NCBI GenBank assembly: GCA_049999805.1
Contig: JBNGIO010005131.1
Location: forward strand, 1-34,655
Origin: Folioceros fuciformis
Lineage: Eukaryota
Reading direction: 5' to 3'
DNA: 34,655 bases
Shown: positions 8,350 through 19,085 of the stretch, in pieces
Layout: the number at the start of each line of letters is the position of its first letter
How positions within the stretch are numbered: the first letter of the stretch is position 1
Notes under the pieces: model-generated
Seen by the model: only the letters and a program-made list of their open reading frames with translations
What the model was told of the DNA's origin: nothing
The model's database searches: none
Made by a program: the position numbers and the translations under genes

Positions 8350-11343
8350 TCAATATGCCCTTGACGCCTCTACCTGTTCACTAAGTTCATTGAGAAGTTG
8401 ATAGATCACAGCCTCTTGCTGATGCCTGTGGTCACCCGCCAGAAATGTGTGGACAGCCTGCTTGTGCTCGATCCAGCTCTGGCCAGGCTCCTTCCACGCA
8501 CCTGCAAATTCTCTCAACTCATGTACGTCGTTTGCCGAATTCCACAGACCGGCATCAGCGTATATGTTAGCCATGAGCACGTAGGCCGCACCATGCTTTG
8601 GTTCTCCACTAACCGCGCGATCAAAGGCATACCTTCCGAGTACCACGTTGCCATATTTCTGGCAAGCACCGAGCAAACACAACCACAGCGGCAGATCAGG
8701 CCGCATTGGCATTTGTGCAAGCAGCTTTTCTGCCTGGCTGAAGCATCCTGCACGACTCAAGAGATCGATTACACAAGCATAATGCTCGAGCGTGCCCGGT
8801 ATCGCATAATCTCTGACCATGCTTTCAAAGTACTCCAACCCTTTATCTACTCTGCCGGCATGATTGCATGCAGATAGCAGAGCCAGGAATGTGGCCCCCT
8901 GGGGTTGCAAGCCGTCTTTGCACAAGTCGCCATAGTGTCTTATGGCCATCTCCAAACTCCCTAGTCGAGCATACCCAGTTATCAATGCAGTCCATGACAC
9001 GACATCCGGCTGAGCGAGTGACTGAAACACAAGTTCAGCATTCGACATGCTCCCACATTTGCCGTAAGCATAAATCAGACTGGTAGCCACAGAAAGCCTG
9101 TCGGCAAAACCACTTTCGACAATACTTTTATGGGTCTCCTTACAGACTTCTAAAGCTCCGGTCCCACTGCAAGCTTCTAGAACAGCAAGAAATGTACACT
9201 CATGCGGCTTCACACCATCTGCTTGCATCCCGGTATACAGTTGCAGAGCCTTTTCTCCTTGGTCTTGCTGAGCATAGGCTGAAATCATGCAAGTCCACGA
9301 TACTACATTGCGGTTGGTCATCATGTCAAACACATGTTTCGCATCCTCGATGCTCCCACACTTCGTGTACATGGTTATCAAAGAGTTGGCAACAAACATG
9401 TTTGATTCAAAGCCCTTCTGCGCAGCAAGAGAATGCATTTCTCTTCCCTTCCGAAGGGTCTCTACTTTCAGATGTCGCCCGTTTACCACAGCATCTTCCT
9501 CGTGCTCTGCCAGGCTACCACATGCTTGGAGAATGCTAACGAAGGTCCATGCATCAGGAGTGATTCCATTCTCCTGCATGTGCTGATACACCTTCAAGGC
9601 CCTCTCCCCTTGTTTCTGCTGGGCATATGCTGCGATCATGGCAGTCCATGACGCCACATTACGTTGAGACAATTTGTCAAAAACCTGTTCCGCATCCGCA
9701 ACACTCCCACACCGCGCATACATACTAACCAACACGCTACCAACATAAACATCGGAGTCAAATACTCCCGTGCTTGCAGCGTGTATTTTCTTCCCCTTCT
9801 CGAGACACTGGACCTTCACATTTTGACTGTCCACCACGGTGTACACCTCCTTCTCTGCAAGGCTGCCACAGGCTTGGAGAGCAATGACGTACGTGCGAGC
9901 ATCTGGCAAAACCTCTAGCTCTTGCATTTGTTCAAAGATCTCCAAAGCCTTGCCTTCTTCGTCCTGCTGGGCATATGCAGCTATCATCGAAGTCCATAAC
10001 ACCACGTTGTGCCGTGCACTCGCGTCAAATGCCAACTGCGCATCCTTAAGGCTTCCACACTTTGCATACATACTGATCAGCGTGCACCTGACAAAAATGT
10101 CGGAATCAAAATTCATTCTTGTCGCTTCTGCATGGACTACCCTCCCTTTCCTTAGGGACTGCACCTTCACAAGCCGACCATCAACAAGCTCCCCTTCTTC
10201 CTTTCCTGGGAGGCTGCTACACGCTTGGAGTGTGCTCACAAAAGTCCGAGCGTCTGGCCTCACGCCTTCCTCTTGCATCTGCCAAAAATTCTGTAAGGCC
10301 ATTTCACCTTGATCTAGTTGAGCGTATGCAGCAATTAGCGCATTCCAAGACACCACATTGCGCTGAGACAGTCTATCAAAGATCAGTTGCGCATCATCGA
10401 TACTCCCACATTTTGCATACATGCTGACTAAGGCACTACCAACAAAAACATCCAAATCAAAACCCCTTGTACATGCACCTGCGTGTATCTCCTTCCCCTT
10501 CTGCAAAGATTCTACCTTCAAAACTACACCATTCAAAACAGTTCCCCCGTCTATTTCTGCAAGGCTCCCACAGGCTTGGAGAGTGCTAGCAAAGGTCCGT
10601 GCATTGGGCGTCACCCCTTCCGCTTGCATTTCCTGATATAACTGTAAGGCTTTTTCTCCTTGGTCCAGCTGAGCATAAGCCGCAAGCATGGCGTTCCATG
10701 AAACTACATTGCGGCAGGACAACCCATTGAACACCTGCTGCGCATCAATGATGCTTCCACATTTTGCATACATACTAACCAAACTGCTGCCGACAAACAC
10801 ATCTGATCCGAATCCACAAGCCAGAGCTGCAGCATGAATCTGCTTCCCCTTTTCCAGATCCTTTAGTTTGGCACAGGCTTTAAGGACCACTACAAATGTA
10901 TAGTTGTCAGGCTGCACACCTTCCTGTTGCATCTGCTGGTAGCATGTGAGAGCCACCCGATGATGTCCAGCATTGCAATACCCTGCAATGATGGCTGTCC
11001 ACGAGAAGGCTGTTCGATGGGACAATTGTTGGAACAACTCAACCCCGTCTACAAGGCCCCCACAGTTTATTAGTGTAGCAACCAGAAGCTCCGACAAGAA
11101 GCTGTTGAACTGCAAACCACACTGTGCCATATGCTGCTGTACACGCTTGGCCTGAGGAAGGGCCTTTTTCTTCTCGCAGGCATGCAATATGCTCTCATAC
11201 ATACGCACGGAAACTCCACATTCCTGCTGGTCCAGGTGTAGCAAGAGAATCAGTGCCTTGTCTAGCTGTCCTTCCTTGCACAACGTGCACACTTCGTGTG
11301 GATCTCCAGAGATCACCGAAATCCTACAAATGTGAACATACAT
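8350..11343 (-). CDS. PLS-class pentatricopeptide repeat protein with E/E+ extension and no DYW domain (putative organellar RNA-editing factor)
   Basis: 997-aa ORF with recurrent P-L-S triplets (NVVSWNAMLAAYAQ / TFASTLQAC / DVFVGSALVSMYAKCGS), E motifs (HYACVIDLLSRAG, WLCLLGAC, AAYVLMANIYA) and a PG-box/E+ (KEPGQSWIE...TFLAGD). The true start is uncertain because a tttgtag acceptor near 11324 suggests an upstream exon. Confidence 0.95.
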   Translation of the reverse strand: MYVHICRISVISGDPHEVCTLCKEGQLDKALILLLHLDQQECGVSVRMYESILHACEKKKALPQAKRVQQHMAQCGLQFNSFLSELLVATLINCGGLVDGVELFQQLSHRTAFSWTAIIAGYCNAGHHRVALTCYQQMQQEGVQPDNYTFVVVLKACAKLKDLEKGKQIHAAALACGFGSDVFVGSSLVSMYAKCGSIIDAQQVFNGLSCRNVVSWNAMLAAYAQLDQGEKALQLYQEMQAEGVTPNARTFASTLQACGSLAEIDGGTVLNGVVLKVESLQKGKEIHAGACTRGFDLDVFVGSALVSMYAKCGSIDDAQLIFDRLSQRNVVSWNALIAAYAQLDQGEMALQNFWQMQEEGVRPDARTFVSTLQACSSLPGKEEGELVDGRLVKVQSLRKGRVVHAEATRMNFDSDIFVRCTLISMYAKCGSLKDAQLAFDASARHNVVLWTSMIAAYAQQDEEGKALEIFEQMQELEVLPDARTYVIALQACGSLAEKEVYTVVDSQNVKVQCLEKGKKIHAASTGVFDSDVYVGSVLVSMYARCGSVADAEQVFDKLSQRNVASWTAMIAAYAQQKQGERALKVYQHMQENGITPDAWTFVSILQACGSLAEHEEDAVVNGRHLKVETLRKGREMHSLAAQKGFESNMFVANSLITMYTKCGSIEDAKHVFDMMTNRNVVSWTCMISAYAQQDQGEKALQLYTGMQADGVKPHECTFLAVLEACSGTGALEVCKETHKSIVESGFADRLSVATSLIYAYGKCGSMSNAELVFQSLAQPDVVSWTALITGYARLGSLEMAIRHYGDLCKDGLQPQGATFLALLSACNHAGRVDKGLEYFESMVRDYAIPGTLEHYACVIDLLSRAGCFSQAEKLLAQMPMRPDLPLWLCLLGACQKYGNVVLGRYAFDRAVSGEPKHGAAYVLMANIYADAGLWNSANDVHELREFAGAWKEPGQSWIEHKQAVHTFLAGDHRHQQEAVIYQLLNELSEQVEASRAY

Positions 11344-12980
11344 TGCTCTTATCAGAAAATCGGATTCACATAGAACAATTCAAACACCAGCTTGACATGA
11401 ATAGCACATAGATTCCTCCACAGCATGTTAAGGAGAGCACTTCTCTCACCCAGTAGTCCAAGTAGATGTTGTACAGCAGAAGACCCCCATGCTCAGTCGT
11501 GCATCAATTACAATCACGACCAAGCAAATGCTTATGAGTGTGACCTGGCTTGAAAACTCTTCTGCATAACAAGAGACATTAAGCAGGGCACGTCAGCCAT
11601 AAAATATATGGCCCGAGGCAATCTGCCCACGGCTACTCACACACTCAAATCCGTTACGATGTCAGAAAGACAGCGTCCATACTCACATAGAAGCCATTTT
11701 CACAACCAAAGCCATGTACTGTGCGCGGATTTGCAGTTGCATATACAAGGACGACAAGTTTACCAATCCCACCTGCAATGCCTGCACACGGACCGTATAC
11801 AGGATGAGACCACCCATGACACAAACAGCAATGCCTACATGCACCAGTGGGGAATCCGAACCAGCTTGTGAAATAGCACAACTGCCTAGACGAATGCACT
11901 AACCGATGATGACAAATCTTAACACAAGAACCTCGAGAAATGATGCCCACTGACGTAGCCACTTCCCATGAATCTGCTCTCACTGGGTACAGACTGCCAA
12001 GAGTTATGCCTTCTAACCATCGCTGCGTCGTGGCTATGGGCCGCGCAATGCTGATATCACCGATGGCCATCAAGAGCCGTTTTTCAGAAGCCATTCCGCA
12101 AAACAGTCGCACTCTGAGGAGAATTATTTTCCAAGCACCAAGCATAAAATGCTGCATACATCGATGGCACCCTCGAGGACAGCTACTTGCGAAACTCGGC
12201 ACCTCCTACACTGGTAGGGCCTCTCTCTGTTCAAACGGACCACAGATAGTGAACCGACCGCACTGCCAATTCTGTGGCGCATGGTCTGTAGGGATGGCCC
12301 TGCCTTGAGAAGGTCCAGACGGTCAAGCTTCATGTCGTGATGGGTGGGATGAGAACATTTATATTAACATTGTACAAATGGCGACTTTCACAATTCATTT
12401 ACGCTAAACGTGCGACCAACTGTCGAGGGTATCAAGCCTTCCAGAGATTCGAGACCGGGATTCTTTTGTCCACATGGCTGATCCTGCTCTATGACGTACG
12501 CCTCTTTCACACATATGTATGTACGTACCATGAAAAATATCCAACACGGAGAGAGGGGTTCGCTTAGAGGTGGAATGGACGCCCAAGCTTTCCGTGGTGA
12601 CCACAGATGATCCCTTTCGCAGAAAAAAACAATCGAGGTCATCGACAACCTAAGTGAAAGCTACTGGCCATACATAGATTGAAAAGACTTATGATGTCCT
12701 CATTGATCGGCCCAACACCTGTTAATCTTGTACAGCTAGTTGCTATGGACATCAGACTGTCCGCTCCCCATGGGAGCGCGTTCAACCTCAAAAGTACCAC
12801 GTGAAGGGGAGGAGTGAGCTCGCAACAAGGCTGATAGCTAGAGTGGTGCAACCCCGGATTCCAGGCTAATAGCTGAGAGGGGTATCGTACAAAGCTTCTA
12901 GAGTAGCCCAACTACTTGATAATCGAACATCGCTACATAATGGTTATGGGACAGACCTAACACCTACTTTATATACTACA

Positions 12981-14268
12981 CTACACGCACCTTGGGAAGT
13001 GATGTCCATTGAGGTACCCTCCACTCATCGTTCTTTTCACATTGTTTTCGAACTGCCGGGCATTTTCTCTCAAAACCTCCGCAGCTTCGTGGTTTAGTGG
13101 ATCATCGGGATTCGGGTCCTGGAAGTAAAGAGCGGCAAGTTGGTAACCAAGACTCTCAGATTGTGCTTGGCAGTAAATCTCAAAACCTTGCAGATACACA
13201 ACCGTCCATGGCGCCAATAAGTAACTGAGATTGCAATACGTACCAGAAACAGATATTGCAAGCCGTATATGATGGAATTGACGCTCAGCACTGGTTTCCA
13301 ATCCTCTCGAAGAATGTTCAGGCACACATTGCCTTCCAAGTCAATGTTGGGATGGTAAACCTGAAAGCCAGGAAGCACGTTGGTGAACTTCTATACGTTC
13401 CATCTACCAGATAATTGAGTCCTCTTCAGGCTTCCACTACAAGGTAAGCGAAGCACACAAGACGAGCTGAGACCAAAACGGGGGAGTGAGGCAATTTGAG
13501 GAATACAATGGTTGTTAGTACCTTGGTCTTGCATTTCACTTTAGGAGCCTCATGCGGATAAACCTGCGAGATATTAAAGCTGAAGACAAAAGTCCCTCCC
13601 CTGGAAGAGAAACAACAATCACAGCAATAACTGTCAGAATCCAATTGCCAAAGGGAGCAATACATAACAACCCGCACCATGCGCGGCAGGATTTGATGCC
13701 CATGACAGACCAGCTAGGGTTCCACAGATCACTCTGTTCGGGGGAGGTATTGAGTCGCCAATTGAATTCAGAAAACGCAAGAGAACGGGACGGGTCTGCA
13801 AGGCCTTGCGGGGAGCCACAAACCGTGACCTAAGTTGGTGATCACTGTCACACGGGGAATGTGAGGGACACGATTCCAACTTACTGATAGTAACCCTCAT
13901 CAGGGCGAATTGTGATCTCAAAGTTCAGGAGATTGTCCTTGCCCTGGGGAAAAGATATGGACGTGGTTTTCAACAAGTTCAGCTCGCTGATATCTGCAGC
14001 AGCGGACCGCACCATTAGACAGTGCACCCACAGCATCCTCACACGCCACCATCCAGCAGGCAAGCAACCGCTGGTCACCCTATCCGGGCCGGCTGAAATG
14101 CCCCAAGCATGAATCGAGACGGCAACAAACGCATCAAGACAAGCGATCTTGTCACGGACCCTTCTGCACCCGCAACTCCCCAGCGCTCTGCTTTTTGATC
14201 GGTGTCCTGCCATTAGCGCTCTCAGCGGCTTCCTTCTGCTTTTGCTTCACACTAAAAAGCTTGATCAT
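12981..14268 (-). CDS. RCE1: RUB/NEDD8-conjugating enzyme (RCE1/Ubc12). Exons 14268-14160, 13993-13885, 13600-13522, 13360-13244, 13118-12981; 183 aa
   Basis: [14 protein letters not shown]-terminus, [16 protein letters not shown], the active site [22 protein letters not shown] and DPLNHEAA. The CDS is 552 nt. Confidence 0.96.
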
Positions 14269-15650
14269 GGTGGAGGCCCGTCGCCCGCAGCTCCGCCAGA
14301 TAGCACAGCACCGCAGTGCCAGAAATGGCAGCAGAGGGAAAGAGAAAGCTGACTCCAAGGCTGGACAGGGCACCAAAAACTCCCACTCTCCCACTTCCGC
14401 AGGGTCTCTGTACATTTGTAACCCGAGGCGACGGGCCTCTCGGGTTGGGATCGCCGGGTGCGCTATTCACACATGAGCGTACCTGAAACTATTTTCTTCC
14501 CGAGATATACATCAAGGTAATTAAATTCTAAAACATTTCTTCCGTATTTCACAAGTTTGGAGTCCATGGTGTCCTTTCCATGCTTGCTTCCCTGGTCACG
14601 ATGTATGAATCTGGCTTTACCCACCTTCTACAAATAATTATTCTAATTTCCCCTAATTGATTTATGATGAAGTATGTATTATGAATGATTAAGCTCTACA
14701 AGATCAAAATTGCTCTTCAACGTCCTCCTTATACAAGTCACGTTAGCTTTGCACCTGGTTGATTAGAATTCCATCCTTAAGCCATATCATCCAGTCATGT
14801 CCGCAAGCAACACAATGAGCCAAAACTACCTTTGCATCAGCCGTGTTACTGGTAGTGGATCTTTCTTCGCTGATGGGTCTCTTGAAGCACCTCACGAACC
14901 GCTGGAAGGAAGAAGTTAACATCTGGACCCATCTCTTATTCTACCGTTTGAGGGAATAAGTCTTAAAGATCTTGACCCACTTGGGGTACCATCTCAAGAC
15001 CACTTGAACCTCCGACAATCTCCTTTCCTAAGATTGCTTTCTTCTCCCAAACAAAATTCTTTTGTGTTTGAGAAGGATTGTGCTTCGGTAGAATGTGAGC
15101 AGCTGGCTGTCCATCCTTCAACGTGTGATGACTTTTGCGGCGCTGTTAGCCTCAGCTACAACTTCTTCTGGCTTGAGCCTTCAAATCCTTCCGGGTTGCA
15201 TATCTTGTAGCCTCAATTTAGAAGAATTTGCAGCGTACTGGTGATAGTGCTAGGGAAGCTTCAATGCATGTCGAAAGCCAGGTAGGACTGACAGTATGCT
15301 GGATTTCTAGTCCAAAATGCCATGGTAGGCGCCGGCGCATGGCATTTCTGTGTCCTGTTGCTCAGTAGGATTTTCCGTAGGGAGTGGCAAAGGAAATTCT
15401 GTCTGGTTGTGTTCCGCTTGGTTAGGGAAGTGGAGGCGTAAGATGTGGGGGGCAGGACATGCAGCGACAGTAGTGTTCTTCTGTCTGGTCACTTGGAGCA
15501 GTGTCCGAGTGCTTTGCATGCTGAGTAGCAGCTCTGATTTGCAGTGGGCTTACCTGGAGAGTGCTGAACAATCTTCAAGTTCTTTTTTCCGCTCCCCAAT
15601 TTGGAGCACACGGGGTAAAGTCCTTGCACGAGCTCAAATCTTGCGTGCAG

Positions 15651-16093
15651 GCTGCCTTCGAGTCTGTCGTTTGCGACGTTGGATCCTCAAGAGATGCCGG
15701 ACTCTTGACCTGCGCACATCTGCAATCTGGGTGAAAGTTGGCCACTTGCTTCATGTTTTGGGTTCGGCAGGTAGGTTGGCGTTGTGGCCCCCAGGAGTGT
15801 AGTGGTCCAACTGTCTCCCCCCCTTACTTCTCCTTGTGCAGTTGAAGGGAAGTGGTGTGGCACCGCTGAATGGACCCACACGCCCGATCCTCTGACCGGA
15901 CAACAATTTATCAAAGTTCCAGACATCTCGTTGGAGGAAATCGTAGAAAGTACCTGCCATTTCTCCTGCTACCTGTGGATTGTTTCTGCGTTGGAATTTG
16001 GGAATAAGCGTTCTTGTGCTTTTGTTCCCAGCCTTTCCGGAAGGCCGGAGCCTCAAATCTTGTCCGAAGTCTGGCGTTCACAGTCCGCTTGCA
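15651..16093 (+). pseudogene. ALDH12A1: Truncated pseudogene fragment of delta-1-pyrroline-5-carboxylate dehydrogenase (ALDH12A1/P5CDH), N-terminal exons with introns retained
   Basis: The exon-like blocks read LSFATLDPQEMPDS*PAHICNL | VEGKWCGTAEWTHTPDPLTGQQFIKVPD | PF..SLKSCPKSGVHSPL. They are collinear with the plant P5CDH N-terminus as recalled (PFATVDAEEISG...VQGKWIG...LDPLNGEPFIKV...SLSQCPKHGLHNPF). There is an in-frame TGA at 15706-15708, a frameshift near 16040 and no catalytic domain downstream. Confidence 0.8.
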
Positions 16094-16289
16094 GTAATCG
16101 CCACGAGCAGAAGCACTTGTGGCAGCGATGTGTCCAGACCCTACCATGCGGAGGGACGACAGACAAGATAAGAAGAGCTCCCTCGTTTGCTTCGCTTCAG
16201 GCGTTAGGGGTCCGGCAAGGTGCTGTGGTTAAACAGCATGTTAAACCAGCCTGGGTTGATGAACAGCTGGCGCACTTGGGTCCTGGTGC

Positions 16290-16556
16290 CTCTTCTTCCA
16301 AGATGCAAGCAAGGTTTTGGACAGCTTGCCCATGACGATTGTGGTGACAAAGCTAAATATGTTACATTTGCTTGCCTCGCAAGACCTGTGCAACCGCTGG
16401 TGACGTAGAGGAAGGAGGTCAGGCAGCTGAAGTCACATATTGTCGAAAGACGGGCTGCTGGATGACAGTGTGGTGGGAAATAGCCTGGTGGACAAGCATA
16501 CAAAATGTATCGAACTGGAAGATGCACACCACGTTCTTGATAGTGCTCCACAGAGA
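16290..16556 (+). pseudogene. Degenerate PLS-PPR gene fragment
   Basis: Frameshifted pieces QDASKVLDSLP, YVTFACL, KTCATAGDVEEG and GLLDDSVVGNSLVDKHTKCIELEDAHHVLDSAPQR correspond to L and S PPR motifs. Confidence 0.7.
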
Positions 16557-17011
16557 TCAATGGAGCAAGACGATAATCACTTCACTTCACCTTTGGTTGC
16601 CTCCTGAAGGCCTATGCAAGCACAAGCTCCTACAGTAGGGCATGCAACTGCGCAGATAGCGGAAACAGAATTGGCGGACGTAGGGTTGAGCACCTGGCAT
16701 GTGGACACGGAGCCCTATCTCACAATTAGCACAGCAACTCCCGTTGAAGCAAATCAAACCTCCAGAAGCTACGTGATGATGCCTCCAGATGTTCAGCAAA
16801 CGAGAGAAAACGAGGAACTCAAATCTACTCAATATTTTATTAGCAAGAGAACTCGGGAAGGGAACTTAAATCTACTTTAGTAGAAAGGGAACTCAGTAAA
16901 CGTGTAGAAGCTGGTCCGGCCCCTGATTGCAAGGTCTGGTCTTCTCCGTCGCCTCCAAACCCATTGATTTCCAACATCGCCCCCCCTAACGACATAGAAT
17001 TGGTAGAAGTC

Positions 17012-18127
17012 TCACAGGGCAATTTGGTTAGCCTTTTGATCAAGTGTGAAAACAAAGTAATCCCTGCCATGAATGTCCTTATCCATCGCCCATTGGGTCC
17101 ACCTCCCTGTAATGAGGTGGTACGTAATCAATCCCATCACTTCAGTCATCAAAGTTGTACCTTCCTGGTGCTTATTAAGAGTGACATATATGTAGATGTA
17201 ATCATCTATAATCCTGACTTCGTGATCGGAGTACGTGAATTCGTCGGAGATTGTAAATGTCATCGCGTTGCGCTGGGCCTGAGGCTGAGTCTGAGGGCCA
17301 GAGAGAGGATCCTTTCTAATCTCAATTAATGGATTTTTGCAGTTAATTTGCCAGTGAAGAAACACTGCGAATTCAGCCCGTTTGTCCTCTACTTTGGGCC
17401 ACATGATGTTGAAGTTTCTGGTGAGGCGGCGATGCTTGGGTAGAACCTTATTGAGAGCCCTCGCACGTTTACGACACTCAACATCCGTGAATGGTTTCCA
17501 CCTGCCGGATGCGGATTCATATTCAAACTGCCCGGCATAACTAGAAACGCGTAGTGTATAGGTCTTGGAATCATGGTTTACCTGTAAATGTATAGACGAC
17601 CGCAGTAATCGCATCCGAGGACCGAATAGGTCGGGCAATCTGTGCCAACTTCCTGATAGAGGGTTGCAAATCACCAATGGCTCGTGAATAAAACGTTTCT
17701 TGCACAAGTAGCCCCCGGCAAAGCAGATTAAACCTCCAGCTGCTACACAAGGATAAGAGCAAGCCGAGGAGAAAGGGAACTCCAACTTGTGCAATCTCTC
17801 TCCCGCCGCAGGCGCAGTTAGTTCTCTTTCCGTTGGTTCTCCTTTTGTTATTACTCCTTTCGTTAGGAGCTGTATTTTGTCCTCGAAGACGAGGATTCCC
17901 AGAGGGACCATGCGGTTCCGTTGCCACTGCTCCAGAAATGCATCAGACAACAGTAGACGGCGCCAATCTTTGCACACGGCACGGAACTTTATCATTGAGT
18001 AAAAAGGCAAGTGCACCAGCACATCATACAAGATGTCCAGCGGTAAGTTTCCCCAAAGCGTGCTATCCGTGCAGGAGTGATTAGCTGAGGGTGCGTCCCA
18101 GTCATCCTGCACCAAACACGCCGGCAT
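17012..18127 (-). CDS. Intronless F-box protein with a divergent F-box-associated/kelch-like C-terminus (about 371 aa)
   Basis: F-box WGNLPLDILYDVLVHLPFYSMIKFRAVCKDWRRLL, followed by AAGGLICF...LVICNPLSGSWHRLP and YESASGRW. The first in-frame ATG is at 18127. Confidence 0.88.
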   Translation of the reverse strand: MPACLVQDDWDAPSANHSCTDSTLWGNLPLDILYDVLVHLPFYSMIKFRAVCKDWRRLLLSDAFLEQWQRNRMVPLGILVFEDKIQLLTKGVITKGEPTERELTAPAAGERLHKLEFPFSSACSYPCVAAGGLICFAGGYLCKKRFIHEPLVICNPLSGSWHRLPDLFGPRMRLLRSSIHLQVNHDSKTYTLRVSSYAGQFEYESASGRWKPFTDVECRKRARALNKVLPKHRRLTRNFNIMWPKVEDKRAEFAVFLHWQINCKNPLIEIRKDPLSGPQTQPQAQRNAMTFTISDEFTYSDHEVRIIDDYIYIYVTLNKHQEGTTLMTEVMGLITYHLITGRWTQWAMDKDIHGRDYFVFTLDQKANQIAL

Positions 18128-19085
18128 CTTGTCTGGCGCTCTGCAGTCTGGTCTAAGCAACGAATAATATGTCACCAATCAGTGCCATGGTTGCTAAGCA
18201 TCACTTCACCAGACGACATGAGGCTCTAGGACAAGCCCTATTTACCCCGGAAGCAAGCTTTGGCCACGGCCTCGCTATATCGGAACATGCCTTAGAGGAT
18301 CCGGCTGAATTCTGCTCTCCATCTGTGTATACATAGTATGGGCACAAATGACCGGTGCACCTTCATAGCACAGGCAAGTCTGTCAAGCACGCTTCGGTGC
18401 TCCTATTTCGGATTAAAGCTTCCGCTTTGGAAGCAAAGCACATGTAGGGCGCAACAACATTACATTTTGGCACCCTTCTTGTTCTATCTAAGTACGATCA
18501 TCAAGCTGCCCTACAACCACTCTTCCTATCGTTTCCAAGTCATGCCATGCGGAGCGGCCTATGCAAGTGCATGTTGTAGATTTCCAGATGTGGTTGTACA
18601 TTTTTGGTAAAGAACCAGAACAGCAAGGTCAAACTAGTTAATCTGGCTTTAAAGAAATGTCTGCCCGCGTATTCCAATGCGTAACACACTCTGGAGGTAC
18701 GTGTCCAACTCACAAGGGAAAAAAACCATTGCATCCTTCCTGTATCACATTTGGCGGCATTTATCTCCAACTTGTGCACGTCAGGAAGTAGAGAACCAGC
18801 ACACCAGAATCAACAAGGCAGCACACAAGGAGAAAAGGATGGACATGGAGGAGCAAGGGCCTCTACGTCTTTCATCACTCCGTCCCATGGCCGAGTCCCC
18901 TTCCTTGGCTAATACAACCAAGAGTCTTGTTAGCTGGTTCGCTCTTGACTGACCTACTAACACCTGTGAGAACATCCAACCGTGCATCAGAGGCGAGGAG
19001 ATGGAACACATCCCACACCACCTCCTTCGCCTGCAGATGCTAGAAAGGAAGACGCAACTACATTCTGTTCACCACCCTCCCTTTT

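Noticed and set aside
14700-15250. Possible decayed retrotransposon gag or other coding relic on the minus strand
   Set aside because: Only short, ambiguous peptide pieces (e.g. GPDVNFFL) and no sustained frame or termini. It cannot be supported without a profile search.
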